In this document: positions 52,952 through 64,000 of the stretch, one piece after another | How positions within the stretch are numbered: position 1 is the first letter of the stretch | Layout: every line of letters starts with the position of its first letter | Assembly: GCF_001194135.2 (NCBI RefSeq) | Contig: NC_068991.1 | Location: forward strand, 80,224,366-80,288,365 | Length of the DNA: 64,000 bases | Direction: 5' to 3' | Source of the DNA: Octopus bimaculoides | Taxonomy: Eukaryota | The notes under the pieces: model-generated | Seen by the model: the letters and a program-made list of their open reading frames with translations, nothing else | Told to the model about the DNA's origin: nothing | The model's database searches: none | Made by a program: the position numbers and the translations under genes

Positions 52952-53075
52952 CATACATTTATACGTACATACATACATACATACACTTGATGTTGAAATT
53001 CCAATGAAAGAGCCTTGGCTAGAAACCGGCCCTTTCTCTACTGGCAAGAAATTTAAAATAAAAATGAATAATGGC
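52910..53075 (+). mobile_element. RLE family B terminal 3' UTR (plus strand), head-to-head with the previous copy
   Basis: (ATAC)n then ttgatgttgaaattccaatgaaagagcc...attt aaaataaaaatgaataatgg, truncated by an N-gap. Confidence 0.8.
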
Positions 53076-54925
53076 NNNNNNNNNNNNNNNNNNNNNNNNN
53101 NNNNNNNNNNNNNNNNNNNNNNNNNNNNNNNNNNNNNNNNNNNNNNNNNNNNNNNNNNNNNNNNNNNNNNNNNNNNNNNNNNNNNNNNNTATATATATAT
53201 ACATATTTATATACACAAAGAGCTTCCATGTAGTTTCCGTTTACTAATTTCCACAGACAGTACATTCATCGAACCGAAGCTACGTTAATCAAACTATTGC
53301 CTGAGGTGCCTTGCGGCCTTGCAATAGGATTGAACCCGGATCTGCATAAACTGAAAGAGAACATCTTAACCACACGTCAAACATTCATGCCATGTATAAA
53401 CCAGACTAGACTCGCTTCACGAAACGATTTTTGCTTAAGTTTGAAATCTTTATCGCTTCAGATGCTTAATAATGAAATTTTACGAGTCATGTCAAGTTTA
53501 TATCTTGGGATGTGTAATGAAATCAAGCGTTTTGAAATGTGTACCTCTTCGCAGAGAAAGAAAAACCGTTTTTTAGTTTCGATGACGATGATAATTCTGA
53601 CGATATTTGCCTGCAACTTTTAAAGCGATCCGTTAAAGTTAAATCAATTGTTGTGTAAAACAAATGTTATGCAATAAATATTATTTTTTTAAGGTTTTGT
53701 TGGTAAAAATATAATAGCTGTCTTACAATTATCGATCTAGATGGGAAATAAGATTCTTTTCGTTCGCAATAGAAATGATTTTTACAAGCAGATGATCATT
53801 GTTGTTACTATGTTGTAAATCGATGCAAAGACTTGTAGCATTATCACCAAGCGTGAAATTTGTGTAGATTTGGTGTAGTCTACTAAACGAGTCGTGTATA
53901 TTCTTCTGGATAAACTTTCGTTTTAAAATAGTAAGAAAAACTATAAAGATAACCGGGATTAATCATTAAAACAAGTACAGGAACGTTGACTGAATATTAC
54001 ACATAAACAGAAAGAAAAATGTTGAATTCTTACTTTAAAAATCGAATATTTAAATAGAGCAAAAGTTGCATTGACAGAAAGAAAATAAAATCTCCCTTTC
54101 TTTTTGCATGTAGACTTGGTCCTTGTATTTCGGATAAATCTCCCTTTACATTTACATGTAGACTTGGTCTTTGTATTTCGAGTAAAAAATACACATTATC
54201 GAGCCCAAAAGAGAGAAAATAAACACCAGTTTTTACAATTCAACATCCTATCTTATTCTTCTTGTTAGTGGTTCTTTATTTGTCAATAGAATTGCTGTAA
54301 CAGTCTGTCTCACAGTCTGTATATATTTTACATCTCCAGAATATCCTTCTCAAATAATATTTTTTCTCCATACTGATGATGTAATTTTAATTAATAATAA
54401 TTCTTGTTAGACTACAAAAAGTATATTAGTATCCACTTTACTATTTGCGTTTCATATAAGAGGAGTCTGTCGGTATTTCCCCCCAGATATTCATCCATTT
54501 AACTGAACTATGTACGCAAAAGCACTGACCAATTAAATAATCTTTTCGCAGAAAACTGCATTATCACCTCATTCTAAGTGATGTAAATAGACTTTACTAT
54601 TTTATTAGACTGTCTAGAAAAACTTGATATGAAACTACACTTAGTAAAACCTTCTGATCACATTGAAGACTTTTCTTTATTGCCAACGTGCTTATTCAAC
54701 GGCTTTTATAATCTATATCATAAATGATATATACAAATTTGTCACATTTACTAAATTGATGGCTGGAAAATCGGTAAAACGTGAGACAATACAGGCAACC
54801 TATGATTCCAGCTCAATCTCAAATTTATGACCTGCTTTACAGTTTTGTATTGAGACGTTTATACTACAGGATTTTTTTATACCATTGCAATGTATGTATG
54901 TATGTAAGTATGTATCTATGCATGC

Positions 54926-54965
<40 letters not shown>

Positions 54966-55140
54966 NNNNNNNNNNNNNNNNNNNNNNNNNNNNNNNNNNN
55001 NNNNNNNNNNNNNNNNNNNNNNNNNNNNNNNNNNNNNNNNATATATATAAAGGGAGAAAGAGGGGGAGGAAGAGAGAGAGATTAAGAGAGGCGATTATAC
55101 ACATATCCATACATACATTCAGATATACAGACAGACACAC

Positions 55141-55216
<76 letters not shown>

Positions 55217-55834
55217 CTCGTTCCGGAGTTTCAACTAACAGTATGTTATTCGATCAACAAAGAAGACTTCTAGGCTCATTAAATTAGCGTGTAAGCGGAT
55301 GAGTATTCCACAGACACATGTACTCCTAATGTAGTTCCCATTCGGAGTTTGTGTGGCACAGTCTGACAATGTTTGACCTTTGAATTGCATGTTCAATTAA
55401 AGCTACGAGCTTCCATACACTTCCGTCTACCCAGTTTTATTCTAAAGGTTTAAGTCGACCCGAGATATTAGAAAATGTTACTTCGCCAGGAAACCATGCA
55501 GTGAGATCGAAATCGTAACCTTTTTATCGCAAAACAGCCTCAACGATTTAGCCATACTGTGCTCACACACACACACACACTTCATTTATTTCATACATAC
55601 ATACATACATACATACATACATACATACATACATACATACAGAGGTACTTTCACAATTACATATACATAGGTGCGTACAAACATACATACCTACATCCAT
55701 ACATACGTACATATAGACATAAAGACATACATATATGCATCCATGCATACACACATATAGACATAAAGACATACATACCTACATCCATACATACGTACAT
55801 ATAGACATATAAAATACATACATACAGGTTGCAG

Positions 55835-55995
55835 CATATGAACCTCCCATGGGCTTTTCTCTCGCTAATGAAGTTAGGCACGTGCAATGGCGTTTTCATG
55901 TAACGAATGTCTTACCATTGTTTATCGGTGGTTTTGGGCTGCTACACACTTTGCATTCGTTGTTGAAGCGTTTATCAAGAATGGTAGATCTGAGG
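55835..55995 (+). mobile_element. mariner-like transposase N-terminal fragment
   Basis: WAATHFAFVVEAFIKNGRS resembles the W..EHRAFVVE.FFKNG.S start of mariner/Tc1-like transposases. Confidence 0.45.
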
Positions 55996-56314
55996 GGTTT
56001 TGTCTTTTTTTTTTTTTTTGCCATACCTTGTGTATGTATGTGTATGTATAAGTACGCACGTTTGTGTGTATGTATGTGTTTGTGTGTATATATGTGTTTG
56101 TGTGTATATATGTGTGCGTGTCTGTGCTTCTGTGGATATATATGTGTGTGTGTGTGTGTGGGTGTGCGTGTGTACCTGTGTATGTGTTAATCTATGGATT
56201 TATGTATATATGTGTGAGTGTATGTAGCATAGTATAGCATTGTATACTAATAGAACTAAAGTATAATACAGTGGTTGAAAATCAGTAAAAGTAGAAACGT
56301 GTATGAGGAATAGT

Positions 56315-56363
<49 letters not shown>

Positions 56364-57269
56364 ACAGAGAGAAAGAGAGAGAGGAGGAGAGAGAGAGAAA
56401 CAAACAAACAAACAAGGAAGGAAAGAAACAAACAAACAAACAAACAAGGAAAGAAAGAAACAAACAAACAAAGAAGGAAAGAAAGAAAGAAACAAACAAA
56501 CAAACAAGGAAAGGCAGAAAGAAAGAGAGACAGAGAAAGAGAGAGATTAAAAATGGAAACTATAAGTAAAAAGAAAAAGATAAAAAATATAGAATTTCAA
56601 GTATTAAAGTTAAATCGCAAAGCTACAGTAAAATGGTTAATCTGTTTCCCAAAATATTTCTCATGTCTGAAAAAAGACCTTGGGAAATATTCGAGAGATA
56701 TCATTAAATTCTTGTAGCATTAATGCTGAGATTTTATTTGATTTTTAATTATTTTTTATAATCTTTGTACCTGAATATTTAGCGATATTTTTTTTCTTCT
56801 GTTTTTGCTACTTAAGAATGAGAGGCATCTTTCGATTTAATGCCTCCAACGACAGCATTGATTGGCTGATGGCGTTTGACTCATATCAATTGCAATGGCT
56901 TCTTTATATTCATTCTGACATTTAAAAAAAACGGCATCAGTTCTGTTACTTTAACACTAACACTTCTGACTCCAAGTTAAAGAAATCTTGAATAAACATT
57001 AACAGCTGTTGTTGTTTTGGGTGTCATTATTGTTACTTAGCTTCCAGTTTCAGATTTATAGTCAAAGAACTTCCAGCCGTGATCATTCCATCATTTTTTA
57101 ATATCTAAGAGTTTAGCCGTCACTCGCAAGCGAATATGACCTGATAGCTTGTACAGAACTTTCTCCAATTGTTTTCGGCGTCTATGTAGTCGTGAGAATG
57201 CACGGACACGTACTTGATCCTCCATCCTTGACCCAACCGAACGTCTAGGATGTAACAGCTGAAAAGACA

Positions 57270-57450
57270 GAGAGAGAGAGAGAGAACTGCAGCATCCATG
57301 GGGTGGTACTCATTTTCATCTGAGCAGACTGGAGCTACATGAAATGAAGTGTATTAATCAAAGACGCGATGTGCTTCTTCAGTCGAGGAATCGAACCATC
57401 GACCTTATAATCGCGAGTTCAACATCTTACCCACAAGGTCACGCTTCTTC
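57270..57450 (-). mobile_element. CORE-like SINE
   Basis: tactcattttcatctgagcagactggagctacatgaaatgaagtgtattaatcaaagacgcg...aatcgaacc...cgcgagttcaacatctta. Confidence 0.6.
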
Positions 57451-57534
57451 ACTCTTTGTGTGCATATATGCTCTGCGAGATGTCATTATTTTTCTCAGAC
57501 AGCTTTTTGTGTGTTCCTGTCATATATTTTAATC

Positions 57535-58800
57535 AGAAGTTGGGGATATTATCGTGCCGGGTGCCTTCCAGTTGCTTAGGTTTTGCAGTGCCTGGGTGAC
57601 CTTTTCAATTGTTATAGGGGTCCAGAGTTGTTCAGGTGCTGAATTCGTTGTTTTGATAGACCTTTTCTGAGTTAGTTCCTTCGCCAACAATATTTCTTTC
57701 CAAAATTCTTCCACATCTCCCGCTGTTGCTGCTGCATTGATGTCTATTTTACTTTTGCCAAGTTCCTGGTGGAATCTTTTGGGGTTGGAGTTGAACTGTT
57801 TGATTTTTCAAAGAAATATTCCTGTTTCTCATACCGGCGGATTCTTTGTGCTTTGGCAAGGATATCTTGCTTTAGCCGTTCTTTTACTTCAGGTAATCCA
57901 TTTTCTCTTACTTTGTATTTTTGTTCTCTTCTTGTTGCTTAGTAGTGTTGATTGTCTACCAGTCTCGTNNNNNNNNNNNNNNNNNNNNNNNNNNNNNNNN
58001 NNNNNNNNNNNNNNNNNNNNNNNNNNNNNNNNNNNNNNNNNNNNNNNNNNNNNNNNNNNNNNNNNNNNNNNNNNNNNNNNNNNNNNNNNNNNNNNNNNNN
58101 NNNNNNNNNNNNNNNNNNNNNNNNNNNNNNNNNNNNNNNNNNNNNNNNNNNNNNNNNNNNNNNNNNNNNNNNNNNNNNNNNNNNNNNNNNNNNNNNNNNN
58201 NNNNNNNNNNNNNNNNNNNNNNNNNNNNNNNNNNNNNNNNNNNNNNNNNNNNNNNNNNNNNNNNNNNNNNNNNNNNNNNNNNNNNNNNNNNNNNNNNNNN
58301 NNNNNNNNNNNNNNNNNNNNNNNNNNNNNNNNNNNNNNNNNAGTTCTTTGATCATGCTCATTTTTAGAGTATCATAATCATTAGGTTCACCTTCACTATT
58401 TCCAGATTTTAGATTTGTTTTGTATTCCTTCCCATTTATATTTTTGTTGGTGGTGTTCTGGTTTGGTGCATTTTGCTCATTATTACGGTCTGGGTTTGCT
58501 GTCTTTCGTTATTTGCTTCGCTTTTTAGGGAGGGGGGAATGTTACGTTTGTCTTCGTGTTTTACAGTCCCAATGCTTATGATATTATTTGGCATTGCTGT
58601 GTGGTTACTATCTACATTTTCCTGATGTATTTTTTCCTTTTAAGTGTTCTATTTCTGCTTCTGATCGTTTTTTTGTCTTTTTGAGAATATATTTTCGTAT
58701 GTTAGCTAGTTTATTGGGGTTCATTGCTGTATACAAATCTTTATCTAGATTATTTTCCTCCAGATTTTATATGCGTATGTTGTGTTTCGTTCTTTGGATA
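57535..58800 (-). mobile_element. R4/Dong-like element, N-terminal half, preceded by (CAA)n(TAA)n and split by an N-gap
   Basis: Reverse complement gives MNPNKLANIRKYILKK at the 5' end and EEFWKEI...ITIEKVTQALQNLSNWKAPG (RT start) at 57560-57714. Confidence 0.75.
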
Positions 58801-59149
58801 GTATTATTATTATTATTGTTGTTGTTGTTGCTGTAAATTATTTTTATATATTATTCATATATTTATATTAATACACATATTTCAATATCATTTATATAAT
58901 TGATACTTGTACAGTATCTCGTAAACTGTTATGTATACATTGTGATATTTTGATTTGCGTCTTCATATGTTGTAAGTGCGTGCGAGAGTGTATGAGTGTG
59001 ATATAATTATCAAAATATTTAATCCAAATAGCTTTAAATCAAATCATTATTAAATAGCAATCGAAAATCGATGTTATTATCATGATGGTTTCAGCCGTTT
59101 TTTTTATCCGCAAGCTTCTACAACATGAAGTTCACCTTTGTATTCGTGA

Positions 59150-59400
59150 GGTGCGTTGCACATTATCTTTGGGGAATGTTAAATTGCGTTTCAATGCTGC
59201 CTAATGGTTGATTATATTCTGGAATATGTTTTGACGTGCTGATGCAATTTAATGTTTCATCTGCTGTAAAGAGAATGTGCAATGTGAGTTGTGCTTTTCG
59301 TTGGATCGTGGTTCTGTTTGATATGAGTTGAGTTATATGTGATAGTGTTTGTTAATGACTCTATAGTGTATGCGCTATGTTTACTGTGCCATTTCTTGGG
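59150..59400 (-). mobile_element. Possible R4/Dong-like C-terminal relic
   Basis: TIQRKAQLTLHILF resembles the IQKxALLGTAHILR C-terminus; weak. Confidence 0.35.
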
Positions 59401-59437
59401 CTGAATATAAAGAGAATGCGTTGTGTATACATATGTA

Positions 59438-59489
<52 letters not shown>

Positions 59490-59993
59490 NNNNNNNNNNN
59501 NNNNNNNNNNNNNNNNNNNNNNNNNNNNNNNNNNNNNNNNNNNNNNNNNNNNNNNNNNNNNNNNNNNNNNNNNNNNNNNNNNNNNNNNNNNNNNNNNNNN
59601 NNNNNNNNNNNNNNNNNNNNNNNNNNNNNNNNNNNNNNNNNNNNNNNNNNNNNNNNNNNNNNNNNNNNNNNNNNNNNNNNNNNNNNNNNNNNNNNNNNNN
59701 NNNNNNNNNNNNNNNNNNNNNNNNNNNNNNNNNNNNNNNNNNNNNNNNNNNNNNNNNNNNNNNNNNNNNNNNNNNNNNNNNNNNNNNNNNNNNNNNNNNN
59801 NNNNNNNNNNNNNNNNNNNNNNNNNNNNNNNNNNNNNNNNNNNNNNNNNNNNNNNNNNNNNNNNNNNNNNNNNNNNNNNNNNNNNNNNNNNNNNNNNNNN
59901 NNNNNNNNNNNNNNNNNNNNNNNNNNNNNNNNNNNNNNNNNNNNNNNNNNNNNNNNNNNNNNNNNNNNNNNNNNNNNNNNNNNNNNNNNNNNN

Positions 59994-60058
<65 letters not shown>

Positions 60059-60169
60059 CACACATGCTTACATACATATACACACATACGCGCACACACT
60101 CACACATATATACATACATACATATACAATATACATATACATGTATACATATATGCATGTACATCGTGC

Positions 60170-60780
60170 TTCTGATCAGACAACGTCGACTTGATGGAGA
60201 GAGTAAGCTAATATTCGGCACAAATATCTCATCCCTACAAACAAGTGTTTTGTGCAAGTCACTGCTCCCATGAACCTCTAAGCCGTCAATATTAGACAAG
60301 GAATTCTCGTATAACAAAGAGTGTGAGTTTTTTGCGCAATGATTCTACGTCGTCGTCTTCATCATTCTTACTATTTCTACTCTCAGCATCAAGGATTTAT
60401 AATGCAATCTCTTCTCTTAATCTTTGGTGTCCAGGATTATTCCCTGTGTCTTCCAGCCAATTCCTGACTTCGTCTTCAATGTCATCTATTTTGTCTTTCT
60501 ACTGTGCAGTTATGTTGAACAGGTTTTATCGCGATTATAATAATGAACTTATTGTATAGAGCGCTCAGGTGCCCTACATCGGATGTTAATGACGGTCCTT
60601 AGTTCTCGTGTGTCTTCCTTAAGATTGCCCATATATCTTCGTTGGTGTAATCTTTTATAACCAACAGTAATATCGTGATGCATTAGGTGGATTATCGTGG
60701 AAGCATTATGTGGAAAAATTACTACTGACGACTTGGTTAAAACCTGGGTAATCAGAGACATTGTCCAAAATTTATAGCAT
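60170..60780 (-). mobile_element. Penelope-like RT relic
   Basis: PTKIYG...ELRTVIN (YGxPKIHK..LRPII-like) and NIDGLEVHGSS (QxDGLAMGSP-like), heavily decayed. 61190-61390 (-) may be an upstream GIY-YIG piece (CLKDNVCLPTRNVCY...IYI). Confidence 0.4.
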
Positions 60781-61930
60781 CTTCACTTCATCGGCAGAAA
60801 TTTGGGGGTACATCTTTCGTAAGACGAGTAACACCTGTAACCAGTCATATTTCTCTGGAGAATTATTCATTTCTGTCTAAGGATTATATTTCACAATACT
60901 TAACAAACCAAAACTATCTTCTCTTTACAACTGATTAGCAAACGTTTGAAGATATTAATTAATTTATAATCGATTCATTATATTTGAAGGATACTTCAGG
61001 TTTAAGCATTTTCTAAGCTTTTTAGGTCTAATTTTTCTTTTAGAATAATTACTTGCGTTCACTCATTAATCTCAATTTATAACGAATTCCAGAAGGCTAT
61101 ATAAAGCACTGATTCTGTGGTCCACACCCAGTTATTTAATCAAATATTTGGTCATTCTCTCTGCTCGAAATTGCAGTACATGAAATAGTTTTTATGGGTT
61201 ACAGAAAATGAACGTCATCCAAATATTCTTACTATAACGACTGTGCACCTCTATAAACTTGTCTTCTTTGTGAATATTGCCTGCAATATAAATATTAAAA
61301 CACTTTATAAATATAAATGTATAACAAACGTTACGAGTTGGTAAACATACATTGTCTTTTAAACAGCGGGGATTTGTAAACATTGCTGCTTATATAATGT
61401 ATGTGAACTGCATCCGTTTACTTAGAGAATTGCAAGAAATCAGGATCGATTATAAATGTTGGCTGATTATTTTATAAGCAAATATCCTCTCTTTGTATGA
61501 CAGGGAAAACAAATTAGCGTTTAAACTCGCACGCAATTTACATAACGAAAGCGTGCACACTGATAAATAAATAAATATATATATATATATATGTATATAN
61601 NNNNNNNNNNNNNNNNNNNNNNNNNNNNNNNNNNNNNNNNNNNNNNNNNNNNNNNNNNNNNNNNNNNNNNNNNNNNNNNNNNNNNNNNNNNNNNNNNNNN
61701 NNNNNNNNNNNNNNNNNNNNNNNNNNNNNNNNNNNNNNNNNNNNNNNNNNNNNNNNNNNNNNNNNNNNNNNNNNNNNNNNNNNNNNNNNNNNNNNNNNNN
61801 NNNNNNNNNNNNNNNNNNNNNNNNNNNNNNNNNNNNNNNNNNNNNNNNNNNNNNNNNNNNNNNNNNNNNNNNNNNNNNNNNNNNNNNNNNNNNNNNNNNN
61901 NNNNNNNNNNNNNNNNNNNNNNNNNNNNNN

Positions 61931-61978
<48 letters not shown>

Positions 61979-62289
61979 CATATACATATATATTCACATG
62001 ACACAGACATACATACACACATATACACACACACATATACACACACACATATATATATATACAGAGAAAGAGAGAGGGAGTAAATGAGAGAGAAGATTCC
62101 AAACAAGTAAACTTCTTAGACCGTTATTATGAAAGAATACAGGGGATTTTGCGAATGTGTGTATTCTTATTGTTACAGCGTGTCCATTATTGTTTCCTCA
62201 AAGCTGCAAATCAGTTGATGTTCAGTTTACTGACCAACTTGCACAAACATCTCTTCTTTGCTTCAACTTAAACGCCATTCTGAAAAGTT

Positions 62290-63580
62290 TATATCAAACG
62301 ATGTGATCGTAATAGGAATGTCGACTATATGTCCAGGTATTTATACCGGGACATACAGGTATGATTTCCCCGATGGTAATTCTGTAACTTCATGTCTGTT
62401 GACCTATCCTCTTGTCAGGAATATTACTCCACATTTCTTATACTGTATTCCAATTTGATATTCTTACTGAAGCAATGAACTAAAGAACTGACTTCAAGTC
62501 CCCCGTTACCAGACATGAGATCATAAATAATACATCTTTGAACTTCTGCTGCTTCCTTTAGACTCATATCCAGATGTTACTTTCCACAGTAGCAATGTTA
62601 AAGAAATCAAGCATGAAACAAATAATAGACACCCTATTTCCTTAAAAAATCTCTTTTGGTTCTTAATGTCCCTATGTTCTGTTCATATAATGTGTGCTCA
62701 GTTTTCTAACTTACCATAATTTTGCTTAAAAAATCTTGACAATCTTTGTAGTTCTTAAAACTTTAAATTTTCAATGGTCCACAAATGTGGTATCTTGTCA
62801 TAGACCATGCGGTTATCTAGCCAAGCTATTGCTAATGCCGTCTTCTTTCCCCAACAATCTTTCATTACCATTTTATCTAAAAGTAGTTGTTCTTTTCTCA
62901 ACCTATAATTTGGGCAATAACCTTTCTCCTGAACAGGAAGTATTCCGTTATTATCAAGAAATACATACAATTCATCAGCGATTATTCCAGTAACTTCCAC
63001 ATCCGAAGGATGTGGGTCTGTAATATCTACAGAATGCCGATTTGAAGCATCTTTCAAATGCAGAACTATTCGTCCAATAGTTATCCACTCAGGAATCTCT
63101 TCATTTGATTTAATCAGTGAATTAAGTTTTTCAGCTATTCTTTCATGGCATCTGGTTAGTTTCTTTATTCAATATTCCCCAACACTATCGGTTTCAGCTG
63201 CTTTCCAATTATTCATCTTTCTGCTTACTCGCCGCAGGTTTTCAGATTTTGTAGCGAATCACATTCAGCATTATGCTGCCCCTTCTTATTCCGTATCTCA
63301 CTCCAAAATACTCGACTTTCCTCTGGTTCTAGTATAACTCTTTTGTGTCTATTTTCCCATATTTCTTGATAAATTCTTCTCATCAATTCAGAATAATTTA
63401 TACTGCTTTACTCTTTAATCATATTTTGTTATTTTGTCAAAGTACAATCACAACCTTCAACCCCACGCACCTCTTGTTCCAGCCCCATTTGTATAATCAT
63501 TTAGTAACATTTTATTAATAACTTTGGTTTGTGAGAGTTTTCCTTTCCACAATTGTTTTTTTCATGGCACCTTCACTAAG
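62290..63580 (-). mobile_element. R4/Dong-like reverse transcriptase relic
   Basis: ESRVFWSEI...RKMNNWKAAETDS...CHERIAEKLN...EIPEWITIGRIVL...LPVQEKGY...KEQLLLDKMVMKDCWGKKTALAIAWLDNRMVYDKIPHLW...FSKNIKLEYSIRKCG...YKYLDI. Confidence 0.85.
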
Positions 63581-63676
63581 ATGGCCACTAACCTAGTTTA
63601 AGGACACCCTCACACACATAGCAATAAGACACAGAATAATTCTGCAGTATGCCAACCCGTTATTCTTCTGACATTT

Positions 63677-63678
<2 letters not shown>

Positions 63679-63750
<72 letters not shown>
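63679..63750. repeat. (TAA)n microsatellite
   Basis: Direct reading. Confidence 0.97.
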
Positions 63751-64000
63751 GATAGAGAAATTAAGGCAAATAGACCAGATATAGTTGTCAAAGATCATGA
63801 AGAAAAAAATGCTTTCTAATTGATGTATCAATACCAGCAGATGACAACGTTTCTCTAAAAGAAATGGAAAAACTTTCAAAATACAAAGACCTGGAAATAG
63901 AGATAACTCGAACGTGGAATCTAAAAACAGAAACAATTCCTATCATAGTAGGTGCCTTAGGTATAATAAAAAAATATTCAGACAAATACATAACAAAAAC
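63751..64000 (+). mobile_element. Young 5'-truncated Dong/R4-like RLE copy abutting (TAA)n; runs off the window
   Basis: DREIKANRPDIVVKDHEEK/CFLIDVSIPADDNVSLKEMEKLSKYKDLEIEITRTWNLKTETIPIIVGALGIIKKY (PD-D-x-K endonuclease), with one apparent frameshift in an A-run. Confidence 0.92.

Larger units (their letters stand above)
16562..61930. other. Assembly N-gaps at 16562-16630, 27661-27710, 53076-53190, 54966-55040, 57969-58341, 59490-59993 and 61600-61930
   Basis: Direct reading; most gaps lie inside (TA)n or (CT)n tracts. Confidence 0.99.

Noticed and set aside
54088-54180. 48 bp tandem duplication x2
   Set aside because: Ordinary local duplication with no further structure.
3851-63991. Most ORFs in the supplied track (poly-I, -S, -L, -H, -T, CV/YI/RE/HT repeats, X-runs)
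   Set aside because: They are translations of microsatellites or N-gaps, with no domain content.

Overview
AT-rich, microsatellite-saturated animal genomic DNA with seven N-gaps. The SINE, LINE and mariner families and the repeat density point to an octopus-type (cephalopod) genome; this is inference. The only host coding sequence I can support is the first coding exon of a copine gene (44058-44137, +, MAAGIAPFNPGTSVVPSTQVELSVSCR followed by a GTAAGC donor); I did not find exon 2 in the window. The rest is intergenic or intronic and holds many decayed mobile elements: tRNA-derived SINEs, at least two families of R4/Dong-like restriction-endonuclease (RLE) non-LTR retrotransposons associated with (AAT)n/(AAC)n and (ATAC)n microsatellites, an RTE LINE with an internal inversion, a TIR-bounded Tc1 element, mariner fragments, a Helitron relic and Penelope-like relics. 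Best leads: an apparently intact type I hammerhead ribozyme (31618-31704) plus four decayed hammerhead-like motifs; an RLE family that carries, ends in and sits in (ATAC)n; a clean H-type pseudoknot at the 5' boundary of an R4/Dong-like copy; a twin-priming-like RTE; a 2.7 kb strand-polarised triplet mosaic directly upstream of the copine start; and an array of TGYRATTG-like motifs spaced about 21 bp apart. Almost all ORFs in the supplied track are microsatellite or N-gap artefacts. Repeat boundaries were read by eye and are approximate.
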